DNA of 64,000 bases from Camelus ferus (taxonomy: Eukaryota). Shown in pieces: positions 62,774 through 64,000 of the stretch. Positions within the stretch are counted from its first letter, which is position 1. Each line of letters begins with the position of its first letter. The stretch lies in the NCBI RefSeq assembly GCF_009834535.1, contig NC_045713.1, positions 7,626,001 to 7,690,000 of the forward strand, written 5' to 3'. Below the pieces are notes generated by a model. That model had not been told where the DNA came from, did no database searches, and worked only from the letters and a program-made list of their open reading frames with translations. The position numbers and the translations under genes were made by a program.

Positions 62774-64000
62774 CTGCAGAACGGCAGAAAGAACACAGAT
62801 CGTCACTGAGATCCGTCCATTCTGGCGTCTTCCCCGTGACACCCCACTCCTCCCCCTCCTCCCTGGCTGAGGGGCAGCCGACACCCAAATCTGGCCCCCA
62901 CCTCTGAGAAATGCTCTCCCCGACTCCCGCCTCTGGCCAGCAACTCTCCAGGACAGGGCTCCCCCTGCTGGCTCTTTCAGGCCCTTGCTCCCTTGTCCCC
63001 ATGGCCCCAGCCCACAGGCTCTGGGCACACTCCTGTTCTCAGGACACATGTGTGCTTATTATCATGTGTGACACTGGCCCGTGCTGACCAGGGCCATCTG
63101 TGCGCATGGCCGGCCCTTCACTCTCGATGCCCTCATGATGGGCACTCCTATGTTATTGTAAACCACACGCAGCCAGCCTGGCGCACAACACTGCAGGGGC
63201 TCAAAGGTGGACGGATCAGAGGAAAGGGCACTGAGACTTCTAGCTCACACACGTAGAAGGAGAGAAAAGGACTGGGCAGGAGGGATCAAAGAATAAAGAG
63301 TGGAGCTGTAACTGCCCAGGTGGAGCTATCACACAGGTGCGCAGAGCCCAGGACCTAAAAGTAGGTGAAGGTAAAAAGGGTGTGGGAGAGACTCCCAGGG
63401 GGAGAAAAAAACATCATGGTTTTGCAAGGCAGTGGCAAAATTCTGCAAATGGTTAACTTTTGGAGGATCCATTCACAGCTGCACACAGGAGCCAGGCTCT
63501 CTGACCCCTGCGCCCCTCCTTGGTTCCCTACCTCACCCACCCGCCATCTGCCTAATCCCGAAGCCAGGGTGCAGAGTCCTCCGGGACTTGTCCCTCACTG
63601 TCACAGTGCCCTTCCATTCAGCCCCCAAACCTCTCCAGTCCAGAGCTTCCTGGCCATGCCCCCCAGCACAGCTGGAGGTCACATCTGTGTCCTTTGTTCA
63701 TGGAAGCCCACGGTGGCCCAGGCTGCCCGCACCTCACAGTCTGGTGCTTCCTGTGTGGGCTCTAGAAAGGCCTGTCTGTCTGCGGGCACAGCCCGGCTCC
63801 CGCGCCCTGACCGCGCCCTGGCTCCTTTCTAGCTCCAGCTGGGGCTTCAGCAGGCCCCACCACTGCCCGAACGGCTGGTCTGCACGTGCTGCCTTCACAG
63901 CCCTGGTACAGTCTCCCCTGCGTTTCCCCGACTCCTCAATGTGAGACAGAGCACTGGCTTCTCCTCTGGAACCACACCCCGGCCCCCGCCCCAACCCGCT

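Overview
This is mammalian genomic DNA, a gene-dense block matching the conserved locus known from human 7q22.1. Gene order is ATP5MF (+, exon 1 outside the window), CPSF4 (-), PTCD1 (+), BUD31 (-), PDAP1 (+), ARPC1B (-) and the last exon of ARPC1A (-). All visible coding exons were placed by eye using GT-AG boundaries and reading-frame continuity. Four young tRNA-Ala-derived SINEs resemble the camelid vic-1 type, so the source is probably alpaca, llama or camel (inference). Older repeats include MIR, L2, L1M, MLT1 LTRs and MER3/MER33. Three N-gaps hide CPSF4 coding exon 1, most of CPSF4 exon 7 and part of the ARPC1A 3'UTR. I found no evidence of a new protein-coding gene or an unknown multi-gene system. 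The leads worth checking are regulatory: the ATP5MF-PTCD1 read-through frame appears broken, tail-to-tail 3' ends may overlap, SINE tails may supply poly(A) signals, there are candidate poison or micro exons, and a palindromic ETS/E2F element sits in a bidirectional promoter. Comparisons to human sequences come from memory and are unverified.
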